64,000 nucleotides of DNA from NCBI GenBank assembly GCA_963751455.1, contig CAVVUN010000002.1, forward strand, positions 160,001 to 224,000, read 5' to 3'. The DNA is from Nitrospirota bacterium. GTDB lineage: Bacteria > Nitrospirota > UBA9217. The notes beneath the pieces were generated by a model, which was given only the letters and a program-made list of their open reading frames with translations, did no database searches and was not told the origin of the DNA. The position numbers were made by a program, and so were the translations under genes. Shown piece by piece: positions 19,038 to 29,327 of the stretch. How positions within the stretch are numbered: position 1 is the stretch's first letter; each line of letters begins with the position of its first letter.

Positions 19038-20138
19038 ATGAAGAACTTGAAGAAAAAAGCACGGTTGATCGCTCTGTACTTGCCGCAGTATCACCCTATT
19101 CCCGAAAATGATGAATGGTGGGGCAAGGGCTTTACCGAGTGGGTCTCAGTTGCCAAAGCCAAACCTCTCTTTCGGGGGCATGAGCAGCCAAAAATTCCGA
19201 CTGAATTAGGTTTCTATGATCTCAGAGTCGAAGATTCAAGAATCAAGCAGGCGGAGTTAGCGGAGGAGCACGGGATTGAGGGTTTTTGTTATTGGCATTA
19301 TTGGATGGGTAACGGCAAAAGACTGCTGGAAAGACCCTTCGATGAAGTTTTAAAAACCGGCAAACCCGATTATCCTTTTTGCCTGGCATGGGCAAACCAT
19401 GACTGGAAGGGACGCGCCTTCGGCGCCAAAGACAGGCTATTGTGCAAGCAGGAATATCCCGGGATGGAGGATTACAAAAATCATTTTTATTGCTTATTAA
19501 GGGCCTTCCAGGATGAGCGATATATTACTGTGAACGGCAAGCCTCTTATTTTGATCTATTTTCCGAAAGAAGTCCCTGACTGTAAAAGGCTTACAGACTA
19601 CTGGCGGGAACTTGCATTAAAAGAAGGACTCAAAGGGCTGCATATCGTTTCTGACAATACCTCGAAAAACAGGATCGAACAATACGGGCTCGACGCGGTT
19701 CTGGTGACCCGCCACCGTTATTTGGACCATCTGACGGACTATTGCGGCGGTGACTGGGGTTGGCTGAGAAAATTGCTGATAAAAATAAATTCACCATATA
19801 ATATCCTGAATAAATATCCGTATGAGAAAGCGATGAAATATTATCTGCAGGAAAGTAATTACAGTCTACTCGAATACCCGAATATTGTTCCCAATTGGGA
19901 CACAACTCCGAGACTCGGCAGAGATGCCACAATTGTCTATGGGTCAACACCTGAGCTGTTCAGGAAGCACGTTAATGAAGCCTTGGAGAAAGTAAAGAAA
20001 AAACCATTTGAAGAAAACATAGTTTTCATAAGGGCCTGGAATGAGTGGGCAGAAGGTAATTACATTGAGCCTGATGATAAATGGGGAAGGGCGTATTTGG
20101 AAGTGCTTAGAGATGAAGTATTTGTGAGAGAAGAATAG
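19038..20138 (+). CDS. WbsX / GH99-like domain protein
   Basis: IALYLPQYHPIPENDEWWGKGFTEW, LGFYDLR, AWNEWAEGNYIEPD. Confidence 0.92.
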   Translation: MKNLKKKARLIALYLPQYHPIPENDEWWGKGFTEWVSVAKAKPLFRGHEQPKIPTELGFYDLRVEDSRIKQAELAEEHGIEGFCYWHYWMGNGKRLLERPFDEVLKTGKPDYPFCLAWANHDWKGRAFGAKDRLLCKQEYPGMEDYKNHFYCLLRAFQDERYITVNGKPLILIYFPKEVPDCKRLTDYWRELALKEGLKGLHIVSDNTSKNRIEQYGLDAVLVTRHRYLDHLTDYCGGDWGWLRKLLIKINSPYNILNKYPYEKAMKYYLQESNYSLLEYPNIVPNWDTTPRLGRDATIVYGSTPELFRKHVNEALEKVKKKPFEENIVFIRAWNEWAEGNYIEPDDKWGRAYLEVLRDEVFVREE

Positions 20139-20299
20139 AAACGGTCGGAGAAATAATATATAAACCGGACTGACATTGTATAGGAGGTTGACATGTAAAA
20201 TAATTCTTTTGGCGTGAGATCTCTGTAGATAAGAGCAAAATCAACTTTACGGGATGAAGTGAGTCAGTGTAAACTAAATACATTTTATTGGAGGCTATT

Positions 20300-20887
20300 A
20301 TGATTAACAGTAAAGAATCATGGCATCTGTCGCTCATATTAATTTTGCTTTTATTGTCTGTTTTGATTGGTGTCGGCTGCAAAGCAAAGGAATCAACCGA
20401 GACCAAGCCAGCTGAAGCGCCAACTACAGCGCCAACTACAACTTCAACTGCCAGTGCAGGTAACTTGATCAAGGATGAGAATGATTTCAGCTCGAAACTC
20501 TGGATTAAGAAAGATGCAATAGTGACACCGGCCGCAGTTTCCGCTCCTGAAGGGCAAGGCAAGGCTGACATGATCAAATTCAAGAAAAAAGAAGCGATTA
20601 TTTTTCAGGGCGATAATCTGCTGGTTAAACCAGGTGACACTGCTTCTGGGAGCATGTACTTATGGGCAAAACAGCCGGTTATTTTAAAAATTGGCATTAT
20701 CAGACATTGCGACAATAGCGATTTTGAGGGGACATTCAAGGATATAAGATTAACTGATAAACCGGTTCAATACGAAGTGAGTCATACCTTCGCAAAGCCG
20801 CATGGTTGTGCCAGAATACAGCTCTTTTCGCACAAAAATCAGGAAATATATGCGTGGGGTGCAAAGCTTAACAGAAATGCAAAGTGA
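20300..20887 (+). CDS. Lipoprotein with a Thr/Pro/Ala linker and a putative carbohydrate-binding-like beta domain
   Basis: GGAGG RBS; hydrophobic stretch ending GVGC; PAEAPTTAPTTTST linker. Confidence 0.7.
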   Translation: MINSKESWHLSLILILLLLSVLIGVGCKAKESTETKPAEAPTTAPTTTSTASAGNLIKDENDFSSKLWIKKDAIVTPAAVSAPEGQGKADMIKFKKKEAIIFQGDNLLVKPGDTASGSMYLWAKQPVILKIGIIRHCDNSDFEGTFKDIRLTDKPVQYEVSHTFAKPHGCARIQLFSHKNQEIYAWGAKLNRNAK

Positions 20888-20990
20888 GTCTGCTCATTAA
20901 CTTACAAATCCCTGCAGCTCGCTACGATGTCAGTCCTATACAGGGAAGAGTATGAGAAACGCAGGTCGCTCATATTAATAATTTTCCCAT

Positions 20991-21024
20991 TTGATACCCC
21001 GCAGCTTGTGCTGCGGGGAGGTTC
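20991..21024. repeat. REP-like hairpin
   Basis: TTGATACCCCGCAGCTTGTGCTGCGGGGAGGTTC; a related hairpin GAGCCCCGCGGCTTGCTGGGGCTC lies at 4394-4417. Confidence 0.55.
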
Positions 21025-21085
21025 TTTTGGAGCCTGCTTAGAGAGAGCGGCTGTGGAGCAGTTATCAGAGACTTCATATGCATGA

Positions 21086-22069
21086 TTGCATGCTTATTCA
21101 TTAGTTAAACTAAAAGCTACGATGATTTCGGGATATCAATTAAGAAGAATTTTATTGTATTTCGTTCTGGTTGCGCTCTGTGCTGCCGCCCTCAACAGCG
21201 AGGCTTTCATCGGTGATTTTGTTTATCCTGATGACTATTACAGAGCTTTTATTTACAATCGTACGCAGACGCCGTTAGAGGTTATAGTAGGGAAAGAGGG
21301 CTGGCTCTATAAAGACGCTGACTTGAAGGCCACATATCTGGGAAAGCCTTACTCTGAAGCTGAGTTGATTAAGATCAGGTCGTTTTTTGAAAAATTGAAA
21401 GGGTATGCAAAGGCAAGGGGAATAAAAGTCATGTTCTTCATCTCGCCCACTACCCCCTCCATTTATCCTGAATACTTGCCGGCAACTGTAAAGATAAAGA
21501 AAACGACCCCAGTGGACCAGTTGTACGGCTATTTGGCAACACATTCGATTGTAGATGTGATTTATCCTAAAAAGGTATTGCTGAAAGAGAAAGACAGGCA
21601 TAAACTTTACTACAAAAATGATGCACACTGGACGGAAATGGGGGCTTTTTGGGGAACCCGAAACCTGATGGAACACGCCTCAAAATGGTTTCCGGCAATT
21701 AGCCTGCACCCGCTTACTGATTATAAACTGGTAAGCACAAGGAATTTTGGAGGTACGTTAAGCAAGTTGATTAATATTGAACCGGTGCTTCTTGAGGATG
21801 TTGTCAGTCTTGAGTCAAAATTTGCTTTAAGGGACGCAGCCTCTCTCCCCAAGGCACTGATTATACACGACTCCTATTATTATAACTCACGAAAATATAT
21901 TCGTGAGAATTTCAATGTAATTGACGCAAAGTTCTTCAAGGGAGATCGCGTGTTCAATGAAGACGATATGTCCGAGCTCGTGCATCAGATGGACTCGTCA
22001 AAACCGGATGTCTTGATCCTTTTCTTTTGCGAGCGAGGTTATGACCGACTTCTCGGAAGGCATAGCTAA
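21086..22069 (+). CDS. AlgX/AlgJ-like SGNH O-acetyltransferase-associated protein
   Basis: VGKEGWLY, SIYPEYLP, YYKNDAHWTEMGA, LIIHDSY. Start uncertain. Confidence 0.85.
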   Translation: MHAYSLVKLKATMISGYQLRRILLYFVLVALCAAALNSEAFIGDFVYPDDYYRAFIYNRTQTPLEVIVGKEGWLYKDADLKATYLGKPYSEAELIKIRSFFEKLKGYAKARGIKVMFFISPTTPSIYPEYLPATVKIKKTTPVDQLYGYLATHSIVDVIYPKKVLLKEKDRHKLYYKNDAHWTEMGAFWGTRNLMEHASKWFPAISLHPLTDYKLVSTRNFGGTLSKLINIEPVLLEDVVSLESKFALRDAASLPKALIIHDSYYYNSRKYIRENFNVIDAKFFKGDRVFNEDDMSELVHQMDSSKPDVLILFFCERGYDRLLGRHS

Positions 22070-23050
22070 ATGTTCAATATGACAGCCTATATCGGGATTT
22101 GTCTATTTCTGCTTTCTGCTTGCACTCATAACAGTAAGGCTAATAGTCAAGTTTTTATCGGTGACTTTGTTTATCCGGGCGAATTCTATAGAGGATTTAT
22201 TTATAATCGCATACCTCATGAAAAGCTTCCGCCTGCTGTTATTGGTAAAGATGGATGGTTTTATATACCAAGTGATGTAAATGCCACGTATCGCGGTAAA
22301 TTTTTCTCCGATGCTGAGTTAGCTCAGATGAGGTCTTTTTTCGAGAAATTAAGACGGCATGCCGATTCAAAGGATATCAAGACAATCTTTTTCATGGCGC
22401 CGACTAACCCTTCTATTTATCCGGAATTCTTGACTGAAACGGTAAAGCCTATAGAACTGACGGCGGTTGATCAATTTGTCAATTACTTAGACAATAACGG
22501 GATTATAGATGTTTGTTATCCTAAGGATGAATTGTTAAGCGAGAAATGGAACCACAAGCTTTACTACAAAACGGATCCACATTGGATGGAAATAGGCGCT
22601 TTTTTTGGAATGCAGGAGCTCATGAAGCACGTCTCTAAATGGTTCCCGAGTATTAAACTGCACAAATTTGAAGAGTATAAGATTCTAAAAAAAAGAAGCT
22701 TCGGAGATGTCCTGCCCAAAAGGTCAAACGTAGAGAGTTTCTCTATTGAGGACCGCATTTTTATGAAGTCGCAATTTGTCAAGGATGAGGCATTTTCTCT
22801 TCCTAAAGCCTTGGTTATACATGACTCATATTATTTCCCTGCAGAGAAATTTATTCGGGAAAATTTCAATATTATTTTCAGAATACATCTTCGCTATGAT
22901 GATCCAATTGCATATCACGAAGAAAAAGTAATGACTGAGATCGTGGTCGGGATTGATGCAGAAAAACCTGATATAGTGATTTTTCTGTTTTCAGAGCGCG
23001 GCTATGACCGGCTTTTTAATTGGCGCAATGCAAATAATTACAGTTTATAA
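22070..23050 (+). CDS. AlgX/AlgJ-like protein, tandem paralog (possible lipoprotein)
   Basis: IGKDGWFY, SIYPEFL, YYKTDPHWMEIGA, LVIHDSY; LSAC lipobox. Confidence 0.85.
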   Translation: MFNMTAYIGICLFLLSACTHNSKANSQVFIGDFVYPGEFYRGFIYNRIPHEKLPPAVIGKDGWFYIPSDVNATYRGKFFSDAELAQMRSFFEKLRRHADSKDIKTIFFMAPTNPSIYPEFLTETVKPIELTAVDQFVNYLDNNGIIDVCYPKDELLSEKWNHKLYYKTDPHWMEIGAFFGMQELMKHVSKWFPSIKLHKFEEYKILKKRSFGDVLPKRSNVESFSIEDRIFMKSQFVKDEAFSLPKALVIHDSYYFPAEKFIRENFNIIFRIHLRYDDPIAYHEEKVMTEIVVGIDAEKPDIVIFLFSERGYDRLFNWRNANNYSL

Positions 23051-23645
23051 GATAGGGCTGAAGAATAGCTTCTTCCCGGGTGTTATTCTGCTTATATTCT
23101 TTTTTGTACTAAAGGCAGGTGCCGGAGAAAGTCTCTCCAACTATACTGCCGACATGGTAATTGACGGGGTCAAAACGGAGATAGCCTATCTTGATCGCAT
23201 GATGCTGATAAAAAACCCTCAGGCTGAAGACATCATAAATATCAGCATGCCTGAAGCTAAGAAATTTATCGTGATGTCCACCTCTAATGACACCTACTAT
23301 GAATCGCCCATAAAACCTGATTTCTACGCTCTGGATGTGGTCGTTGAAAAGACAAAAAGGGGCAGTCAGGTCATAGACGGGCACTCCTGCACAAAATACG
23401 AAGGCGTCTTTTACCAAAAAGGCAAGCCTGATGAAAAAAACGAGATGATCGAATGGCAGGCGGACGACTTAGGCGGTCTTGTGATCAAGGTGAAAATGCG
23501 TGATTATCAGGCCGCAAAACAGAATATTGAGGAGTATACAACCATGGAGCTGAAACATATAAAGCCGGGAGAGGCGAAAAAGGAGATGTTTCAGATCCCG
23601 GAATATTATAGGAAAGTTAAGCTGCTGAAGGAGGTCTTAGAATGA
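23004..23645 (+). CDS. Secreted protein, DUF4412-like
   Basis: YTADMV..GSQVIDGHSCTKYE..WQADDLGGLVIK..FQIPEYY. Start uncertain. Confidence 0.7.
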   Translation: MTGFLIGAMQIITVYKIGLKNSFFPGVILLIFFFVLKAGAGESLSNYTADMVIDGVKTEIAYLDRMMLIKNPQAEDIINISMPEAKKFIVMSTSNDTYYESPIKPDFYALDVVVEKTKRGSQVIDGHSCTKYEGVFYQKGKPDEKNEMIEWQADDLGGLVIKVKMRDYQAAKQNIEEYTTMELKHIKPGEAKKEMFQIPEYYRKVKLLKEVLE

Positions 23646-24190
23646 AGAAAACTCTTATGCTTTTCTGCTTATTCTCCTTCATTACAGCAAATGTCTTTGC
23701 CGAAGATTTAACCGGTTATAAGCAGATCATCGAAAAGACGCTCAAATATCCCAGGGAGGCTGTTTACCCGTTGCCCGCAATCCTCCCGGACCCCACGAAA
23801 ACTGAAGAAGAGAACGTCGAATATATGAATGTGGCAAAGGGGCTCGAAAGGATGGGAGAAGTGATGTTATCCCGCAAGGGGGGGCAGGTCGTCCTCAAGC
23901 CCAGCCAAGGGAACGAGGATGTGATCGGAAGAGAAGAGGATATGAATTACAATGTGGTTGGGTTGAACCTTGTAATGGGCAACTGGTCGATTCAGACGGC
24001 TAACCTCGCTAAGAATGATTCAAAATATGTGGTATCCGGGAAAAAAATATTAAAACCCTCGAGGCTTTATGACAAATTAAGTGCTGTTTTTTCCCACGCA
24101 TCTTTGAAGGAATATTCCACGGCCAACATGAACTGGATAGTAGAGAAAGTCGGGGAAAAATACAGGGTGATCGAGCGATACGCGAAATAA
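23642..24190 (+). CDS. Secreted hypothetical protein
   Basis: Signal peptide MKKTLMLFCLFSFITANVFA; overlaps the upstream stop. Confidence 0.7.
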   Translation: MKKTLMLFCLFSFITANVFAEDLTGYKQIIEKTLKYPREAVYPLPAILPDPTKTEEENVEYMNVAKGLERMGEVMLSRKGGQVVLKPSQGNEDVIGREEDMNYNVVGLNLVMGNWSIQTANLAKNDSKYVVSGKKILKPSRLYDKLSAVFSHASLKEYSTANMNWIVEKVGEKYRVIERYAK

Positions 24191-24219
24191 AAGCCCTGCC
24201 GCTTTTGAAGGAACCGCCA

Positions 24220-25707
24220 ATGCTCTTTAATTCATACGAATACATATTTCTTTTTCTTCCGGTCACTTTGCTTGTTTATTTCGCGCTGAATCTGCTCAAG
24301 AAGACCTATCTTTCGAGAGCATGGCTCATAGTCGCTTCGCTTTTTTTTTACAGCTGGTGGGACATACATAACCTGCCGATAATCCTTGCAAGTATTTGTG
24401 TTAATTATTTCATCGGGTTAAGGATCGTCAATGCCTCCGGTCCTAAAACCCGCAATCTCTTTTTTCTCACAGGGCTTTCTTTCAATGTCCTTCTGCTGAT
24501 GTACTATAAGTACACGGATTTTCTTCTCACCAATATCAACGCAGTCTTTGGAAGCCATTTCGAGCTGCTCCATAAGGCATTGCCTCTGGGCATTAGTTTC
24601 TTCACGATCACCCAGATAGCGTATCTTTTTGACGCGAACAGGCAGACGGCGAGGGAGTACAATTTCGCCAATTACGCGCTCTTTGTTTCTTTCTTTCCGC
24701 ATCTATTGGCAGGTCCAATCCTGCACCATAAGGAGATGATGCCGCAGTTCGACCGGTTGAGGAACAAGGTCTTTAATCCTGAGAACCTTTCCAAGGGACT
24801 GGTGCTTCTCTCGATAGGCATTATCAAAAAAGTGCTCATCGCGGACCATCTCGCGGTCTGGGCCGACAACGGGTTCGACGTTTCGAGCTCGCTCACCATG
24901 GTTGAGGCGTGGATAACCTCCCTCTCATATACCTTCCAGATATATTTTGATTTCTCTGGTTATACTGATATGGCTCTTGGCGCGGCACTGCTGTTCAATA
25001 TTCACTTGCCGCTTAATTTCAACTCTCCATACAAGGCAGTCAATATTCAGGACTTCTGGAGAAGGTGGCACATGACCCTGAGCAGGTTCCTGCGTGATTA
25101 CATTTACATACCTCTTGGGGGCAACAGGAGGACGTCCCTGAGGACCAACCTGAACATATTCATTACCTTTGTAATCGGAGGCATCTGGCACGGTGCCGGG
25201 TGGGGCTTTTTGATCTGGGGGATACTGCATGGCGTTGCCTATATGGTGCATCGCTTCTGGCAGGACATGAACATCAAGGTGGGCCGCTTTTTGGCCATTT
25301 TCCTGACTTTTAATTTTGTCAATCTCACCTGGCTGTTTTTCAGGGCCAAGTCCCTGAAAGATGCTGTTAAGGTTTTGAAAGGCATGTTCGGCCTGAACGG
25401 CTCCGGAATCGAAGATTTCTGGAATTCGTTTTTTTCGTTCCTCGTCTCGGGGATGAGTCTGCTCCAGGAGGAAGAAAAATTCCGGGTCGTCAGTACTCTC
25501 CTTGGTTATCTTCAGGGCTCGGTAGACAAGATATTTGTTCTATTGTTGTGCCTTATTGTCTGTCTTTTCGCGAAGAATTCGAACGAAAGGGTCAGGGAGT
25601 TTATTCCCTCGTGGAACACGGCGTTCATGTTTGCACTTGGCACGATTTTCGCTATTTTGGCTATAAAAATAGATGCGCCCGCGAAATTTCTCTATTTTGA
25701 TTTTTAA
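24220..25707 (+). CDS. MBOAT family O-acyltransferase (AlgI/DltB-like)
   Basis: LPLGISFFT, FQIYFDFSGYTDMA, DFWRRWHMTLSRFLRDYIYIPLGGNR, GIWHGA. Confidence 0.95.
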   Translation: MLFNSYEYIFLFLPVTLLVYFALNLLKKTYLSRAWLIVASLFFYSWWDIHNLPIILASICVNYFIGLRIVNASGPKTRNLFFLTGLSFNVLLLMYYKYTDFLLTNINAVFGSHFELLHKALPLGISFFTITQIAYLFDANRQTAREYNFANYALFVSFFPHLLAGPILHHKEMMPQFDRLRNKVFNPENLSKGLVLLSIGIIKKVLIADHLAVWADNGFDVSSSLTMVEAWITSLSYTFQIYFDFSGYTDMALGAALLFNIHLPLNFNSPYKAVNIQDFWRRWHMTLSRFLRDYIYIPLGGNRRTSLRTNLNIFITFVIGGIWHGAGWGFLIWGILHGVAYMVHRFWQDMNIKVGRFLAIFLTFNFVNLTWLFFRAKSLKDAVKVLKGMFGLNGSGIEDFWNSFFSFLVSGMSLLQEEEKFRVVSTLLGYLQGSVDKIFVLLLCLIVCLFAKNSNERVREFIPSWNTAFMFALGTIFAILAIKIDAPAKFLYFDF

Positions 25708-25711
25708 AAAA

Positions 25712-26827
25712 ATGAAATCACGAAGAATATACGCCAGATGGTCTCTCCTGTATTCCGGGTTAATATTGCTGCCTTTTTTCTTTAATCTTGTTATTGACCC
25801 TTATGGCTACTTTCAGGTTGTCGACATCGCTCGTCTTAACAGCAATAAATCCGAAGTGCTCTCCGAGTATTCGACCAAGTATTACTTTGTGAGCCGCGCA
25901 AAGCCTGACGTGCTGATGCTTGGCACATCGAGGATGTTGACCCATGATCCTCACGATGTTCAGAAATACACGGGAGGCAGGGCATATAATCTGGCCTTAT
26001 CGGGTTCCAATATGTACGAGCAATATGAGTATCTGAAATATATGACCGATAACGATCCTATCCGTTACGTGGTGATGGGGCTGGATTTTTTTTCCTTCAA
26101 CCCTGATAACAAAAATAAGCCGGGGTTCGTGAGAAAGCGATTCGATGGTTTCTATTACAGAGATTATGTGGACGGACTTATCGGGATTGAGACTTTGAAG
26201 GCAAGCGTTCTGACACTGAAGAACAGTATGCTTGATTCCTGCACTTCAATGAACTACAAGGAGGGATACACCACATGGTGCAGCAGGGAAAAGGCCGTCA
26301 CGGATGCGGGAGAAGGCGTTATACTCAGGGCGATGAAAAGCTCCCTGAAGACTTTCTCAACTGACAAGGCAGCATACAACTCTGAGAAATTCAGGAAGCC
26401 GGATTCCATTGCAGACAATCTGGCTTATTTTAAAAAAATTGTGGAGCTTTGTTACTCTAAAGGAATAATGCTCAAGGTTTACATCAGCCCGATTTACGAG
26501 GCCCAGTTCGATCTCATTCATGCGATGGGCCTTGGCGATTCGTACGGCGGCTGGAAGAGAGAGATAGCGCGTCTCGTAGATTTTTACGATTTTACGGGAC
26601 GGAACTCCGTTACGGTTAATAAAGACCTCTGGTGGGACAGCTCCCATATCAGAAAGGAGGGCGGCAAAATTATCTTTGCCCGCCTCTTTGAGGACAAAAA
26701 GACGGAACTGCCGCCGGATTTTGGCGTCCATGTTTCATCTGAAAATATTGAGGAGCATATTAGGTCTCTTGCTCTACAGGTTGAAAAGAAGGATTTGTCC
26801 GATATCCTGGAGCTAAACGGGTATTGA
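25712..26827 (+). CDS. MBOAT-associated SGNH-like protein
   Basis: N-terminal TM + IDPYG, LGTSR, YNLALSG, WWDSSH. Confidence 0.75.
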   Translation: MKSRRIYARWSLLYSGLILLPFFFNLVIDPYGYFQVVDIARLNSNKSEVLSEYSTKYYFVSRAKPDVLMLGTSRMLTHDPHDVQKYTGGRAYNLALSGSNMYEQYEYLKYMTDNDPIRYVVMGLDFFSFNPDNKNKPGFVRKRFDGFYYRDYVDGLIGIETLKASVLTLKNSMLDSCTSMNYKEGYTTWCSREKAVTDAGEGVILRAMKSSLKTFSTDKAAYNSEKFRKPDSIADNLAYFKKIVELCYSKGIMLKVYISPIYEAQFDLIHAMGLGDSYGGWKREIARLVDFYDFTGRNSVTVNKDLWWDSSHIRKEGGKIIFARLFEDKKTELPPDFGVHVSSENIEEHIRSLALQVEKKDLSDILELNGY

Positions 26828-26901
26828 TTTTTTCTTCGTTTTCTATATACTAACCGCATGAAAATTTATCGCCACCCTATTTACGTGGAGTTTATCAGAG
26901 C

Positions 26902-27375
26902 ATGTTTACTGCATTCCTTGAAGATGTGACGGTTTGGCAGCCCGTTTTGCAGCATCGTGTGTTGAGAAAGTCTCTTGCGTGGCTTGAAAAAAATGCGGCG
27001 ATTGCCGAGCTCGGCAACCATTTGTTGGGCGAGTCTGACTGGTATGCGAATGTGCATGGTTATACAACCTTGCCCGAGGCTGAGTGTAGATGGGAAAATC
27101 ACACGAAAACTGTCGACATCCAATATCTGGTCGCCGGCAGCGAAGGGATAAGATGGACCGCCTCACGACGACTGGGGACCCCGAACCGCTATACCGAAGA
27201 AAAGGACCGGGAGGAGTTCGATGCATCGTATTGCACGTCCCTTTTGCATCTGCAGCCCGGCATGTTTGCCATATTTCTGCCGGGCGATGCCCACTGTCCG
27301 AAAATCACATTGTCGAAGCCTGAGAACTTACGAAAAGTCGTGGTGAAGATTCCGGTGCGCTTGCTCAAGCAATAA
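26902..27375 (+). CDS. YhcH/YjgK/YiaL (DUF386, NanQ-like) protein
   Basis: WENHTKTVDIQY..G.E, FAIFLPGDAHCP, RKVVVKI. Confidence 0.9.
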   Translation: MFTAFLEDVTVWQPVLQHRVLRKSLAWLEKNAAIAELGNHLLGESDWYANVHGYTTLPEAECRWENHTKTVDIQYLVAGSEGIRWTASRRLGTPNRYTEEKDREEFDASYCTSLLHLQPGMFAIFLPGDAHCPKITLSKPENLRKVVVKIPVRLLKQ

Positions 27376-27426
27376 ATGACCGATCCGTTATCTGCCGATG
27401 AGATTTAAAAGGAGCATTTTATATCC

Positions 27427-28179
27427 ATGAATATAGATTTCACCGGCCAGACCGTTCTTGTTACCGGCGCTACCCGAGGCATTGGAGCTGCAATTTCAAC
27501 TGCCTTTGAAGCAGCCGGCGCATCGTTGCTCCTTACCGGGACAGATCAGAAGCAGATTGACGAATTGAACCGGCGCAACGCCCAACAGGGCAGGCAAAAT
27601 GTTTGCTGGTTGCAGGCTGATTTCTCATCAGCGGCATCAATAGCATCATTTCTTGAACTGATTGCGCAGAGGTCCCCCATACACGTGCTGATCAACAACG
27701 CCGGCACCAACCGTATCAACCTGATCGATGAGATCCGCGCCGAGGACCTTGATATGCTGCTCTCTATTAACCTGCGCGCCCCTCTCCTGTTATGCAAGGC
27801 AGCAAGCCGGATCATGAAAGAGATGCATTATGGCCGTATTGTAAACATTGCCTCGATATGGAGTGTAATTACCAAACCCGGACGAGTGGTCTATTCTGCA
27901 ACCAAATCGGGATTAGCCGGCATGACCAGGTCGGTTGCTGTCGATTTGGCGCCATACGGCATTCTGGTTAATGCCGTGTCGCCGGGATTTGTTAATACTG
28001 AGTTGACGTATTCTTCGCTGCCCGCCGAGGAGAGAGAGAAGATAGCCGGCCAGGTGCCGCTAGGCCGGTTTGCCGACCCTGAAGAAATCGCGCGCATGGT
28101 GTTGTTCCTCTCAAGCAACATGAATTCTTACCTGACGGGGCAGAACATTGTGGTTGATGGAGGGTTTGCGTGCGTTTAA
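27427..28179 (+). CDS. SDR family NAD(P)-dependent oxidoreductase
   Basis: TGATRGIG, NNAG, YSATK, VSPGFVNT, VDGG. Confidence 0.93.
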   Translation: MNIDFTGQTVLVTGATRGIGAAISTAFEAAGASLLLTGTDQKQIDELNRRNAQQGRQNVCWLQADFSSAASIASFLELIAQRSPIHVLINNAGTNRINLIDEIRAEDLDMLLSINLRAPLLLCKAASRIMKEMHYGRIVNIASIWSVITKPGRVVYSATKSGLAGMTRSVAVDLAPYGILVNAVSPGFVNTELTYSSLPAEEREKIAGQVPLGRFADPEEIARMVLFLSSNMNSYLTGQNIVVDGGFACV

Positions 28180-29288
28180 AAAGCTTAAAGGTGCAATCGT
28201 ACAAGCATACTTATGAAGTGCGATTTGAAGAGGATTTCGCCGCAGCTTTGAAGGAACGCCTTATGCCCGGCGATGTGATTACGGTGGATGCCACGGTCTT
28301 GAAGCTGTACCATGAACGACTTGCTCCCGTACTGAAAGCGGCCCGTCACTTTGTTGTAGAACCCTCGGAAGATCAGAAAAGCTATCAGGGGATAGAACCG
28401 CTTATCGACCATCTCATAGAATCCGGATTTCGCAAAAATAACCGTTTGATTGCAATTGGGGGAGGCATTACCCAGGATATTACCGCTTTCACCGCTTCAA
28501 TTCTATTTCGAGGCGTGGACTGGTATTTTTTTCCTACCACCCTCCTTGCGCAATGCGATAGCTGTATCGGCAGCAAGACGTCGATCAATTTCGGGAAAAG
28601 TAAAAATCAACTCGGGAATTTTTATCCGCCAAAAGAGATTGTAATCGATCCTGGTTTTCTTGAAACCTTGTCTCCCCTGGATTTTCGCTCCGGGATGGGA
28701 GAGATGCTGCATTACTATCTGGTTTCCGGCGAGGAAGATTTTCAGCGGATGCTCCGTGAATATGACAGGGCGTTCGAAGACAGGGCAGTGCTGCACGAGC
28801 TCATTTATCACAGCTTGGATTTCAAGCGCAGTTACGTGGAACGTGATGAATTCGATCAAGGCCCTCGCAATGTCTTCAATTATGGTCATTCCTTCGGGCA
28901 CGCGATTGAAACATTGACCGATTATACGGTACCCCACGGCATTGCCGTATCCATCGGCATGGACATGGCAAATTATCTCTCCGTAAAACTGGGATATATC
29001 AGCAATGAACTATATGGCCGAATGCATGCGTTGCTCAGGAAAAACTGGGGTAATATACGGCTGTCCGACATCGCAGTGAATGATTTTATTCAGGCGCTGG
29101 CAAAAGATAAAAAAGCTGTCGGTTCCGAACTCAGGGTAATTCTTACCAGGGGGATCGGACAGATGTTCAAAACGCCGCTTCCTGTAACGCCTGAAGTTGC
29201 CGCCTGGCTTACCGAATACTTTGCGGAGTTCGATCGCCTGGCTCAGAGCAAATCCGCTGGCGAGCGATCCACTTTTCAGATCACGTGA
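28170..29288 (+). CDS. Divergent 3-dehydroquinate-synthase-like sugar-phosphate cyclase
   Basis: IGGGITQD, PTTLLAQCDSCIGSKTSIN, KNQLGNFYPP, NYGHSFGHAIE, PHGIAVSIGM, DKK. Confidence 0.88.
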   Translation: MRLKSLKVQSYKHTYEVRFEEDFAAALKERLMPGDVITVDATVLKLYHERLAPVLKAARHFVVEPSEDQKSYQGIEPLIDHLIESGFRKNNRLIAIGGGITQDITAFTASILFRGVDWYFFPTTLLAQCDSCIGSKTSINFGKSKNQLGNFYPPKEIVIDPGFLETLSPLDFRSGMGEMLHYYLVSGEEDFQRMLREYDRAFEDRAVLHELIYHSLDFKRSYVERDEFDQGPRNVFNYGHSFGHAIETLTDYTVPHGIAVSIGMDMANYLSVKLGYISNELYGRMHALLRKNWGNIRLSDIAVNDFIQALAKDKKAVGSELRVILTRGIGQMFKTPLPVTPEVAAWLTEYFAEFDRLAQSKSAGERSTFQIT

Positions 29289-29327
29289 TTTTCCGCAAAT
29301 TTAACAAGAGGAGGGTTTTTTAATTCT

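Noticed and set aside
28170-29288. Housekeeping aroB
   Set aside because: No shikimate-pathway neighbours, divergent motifs and a glycan-locus context; gene symbol withheld.
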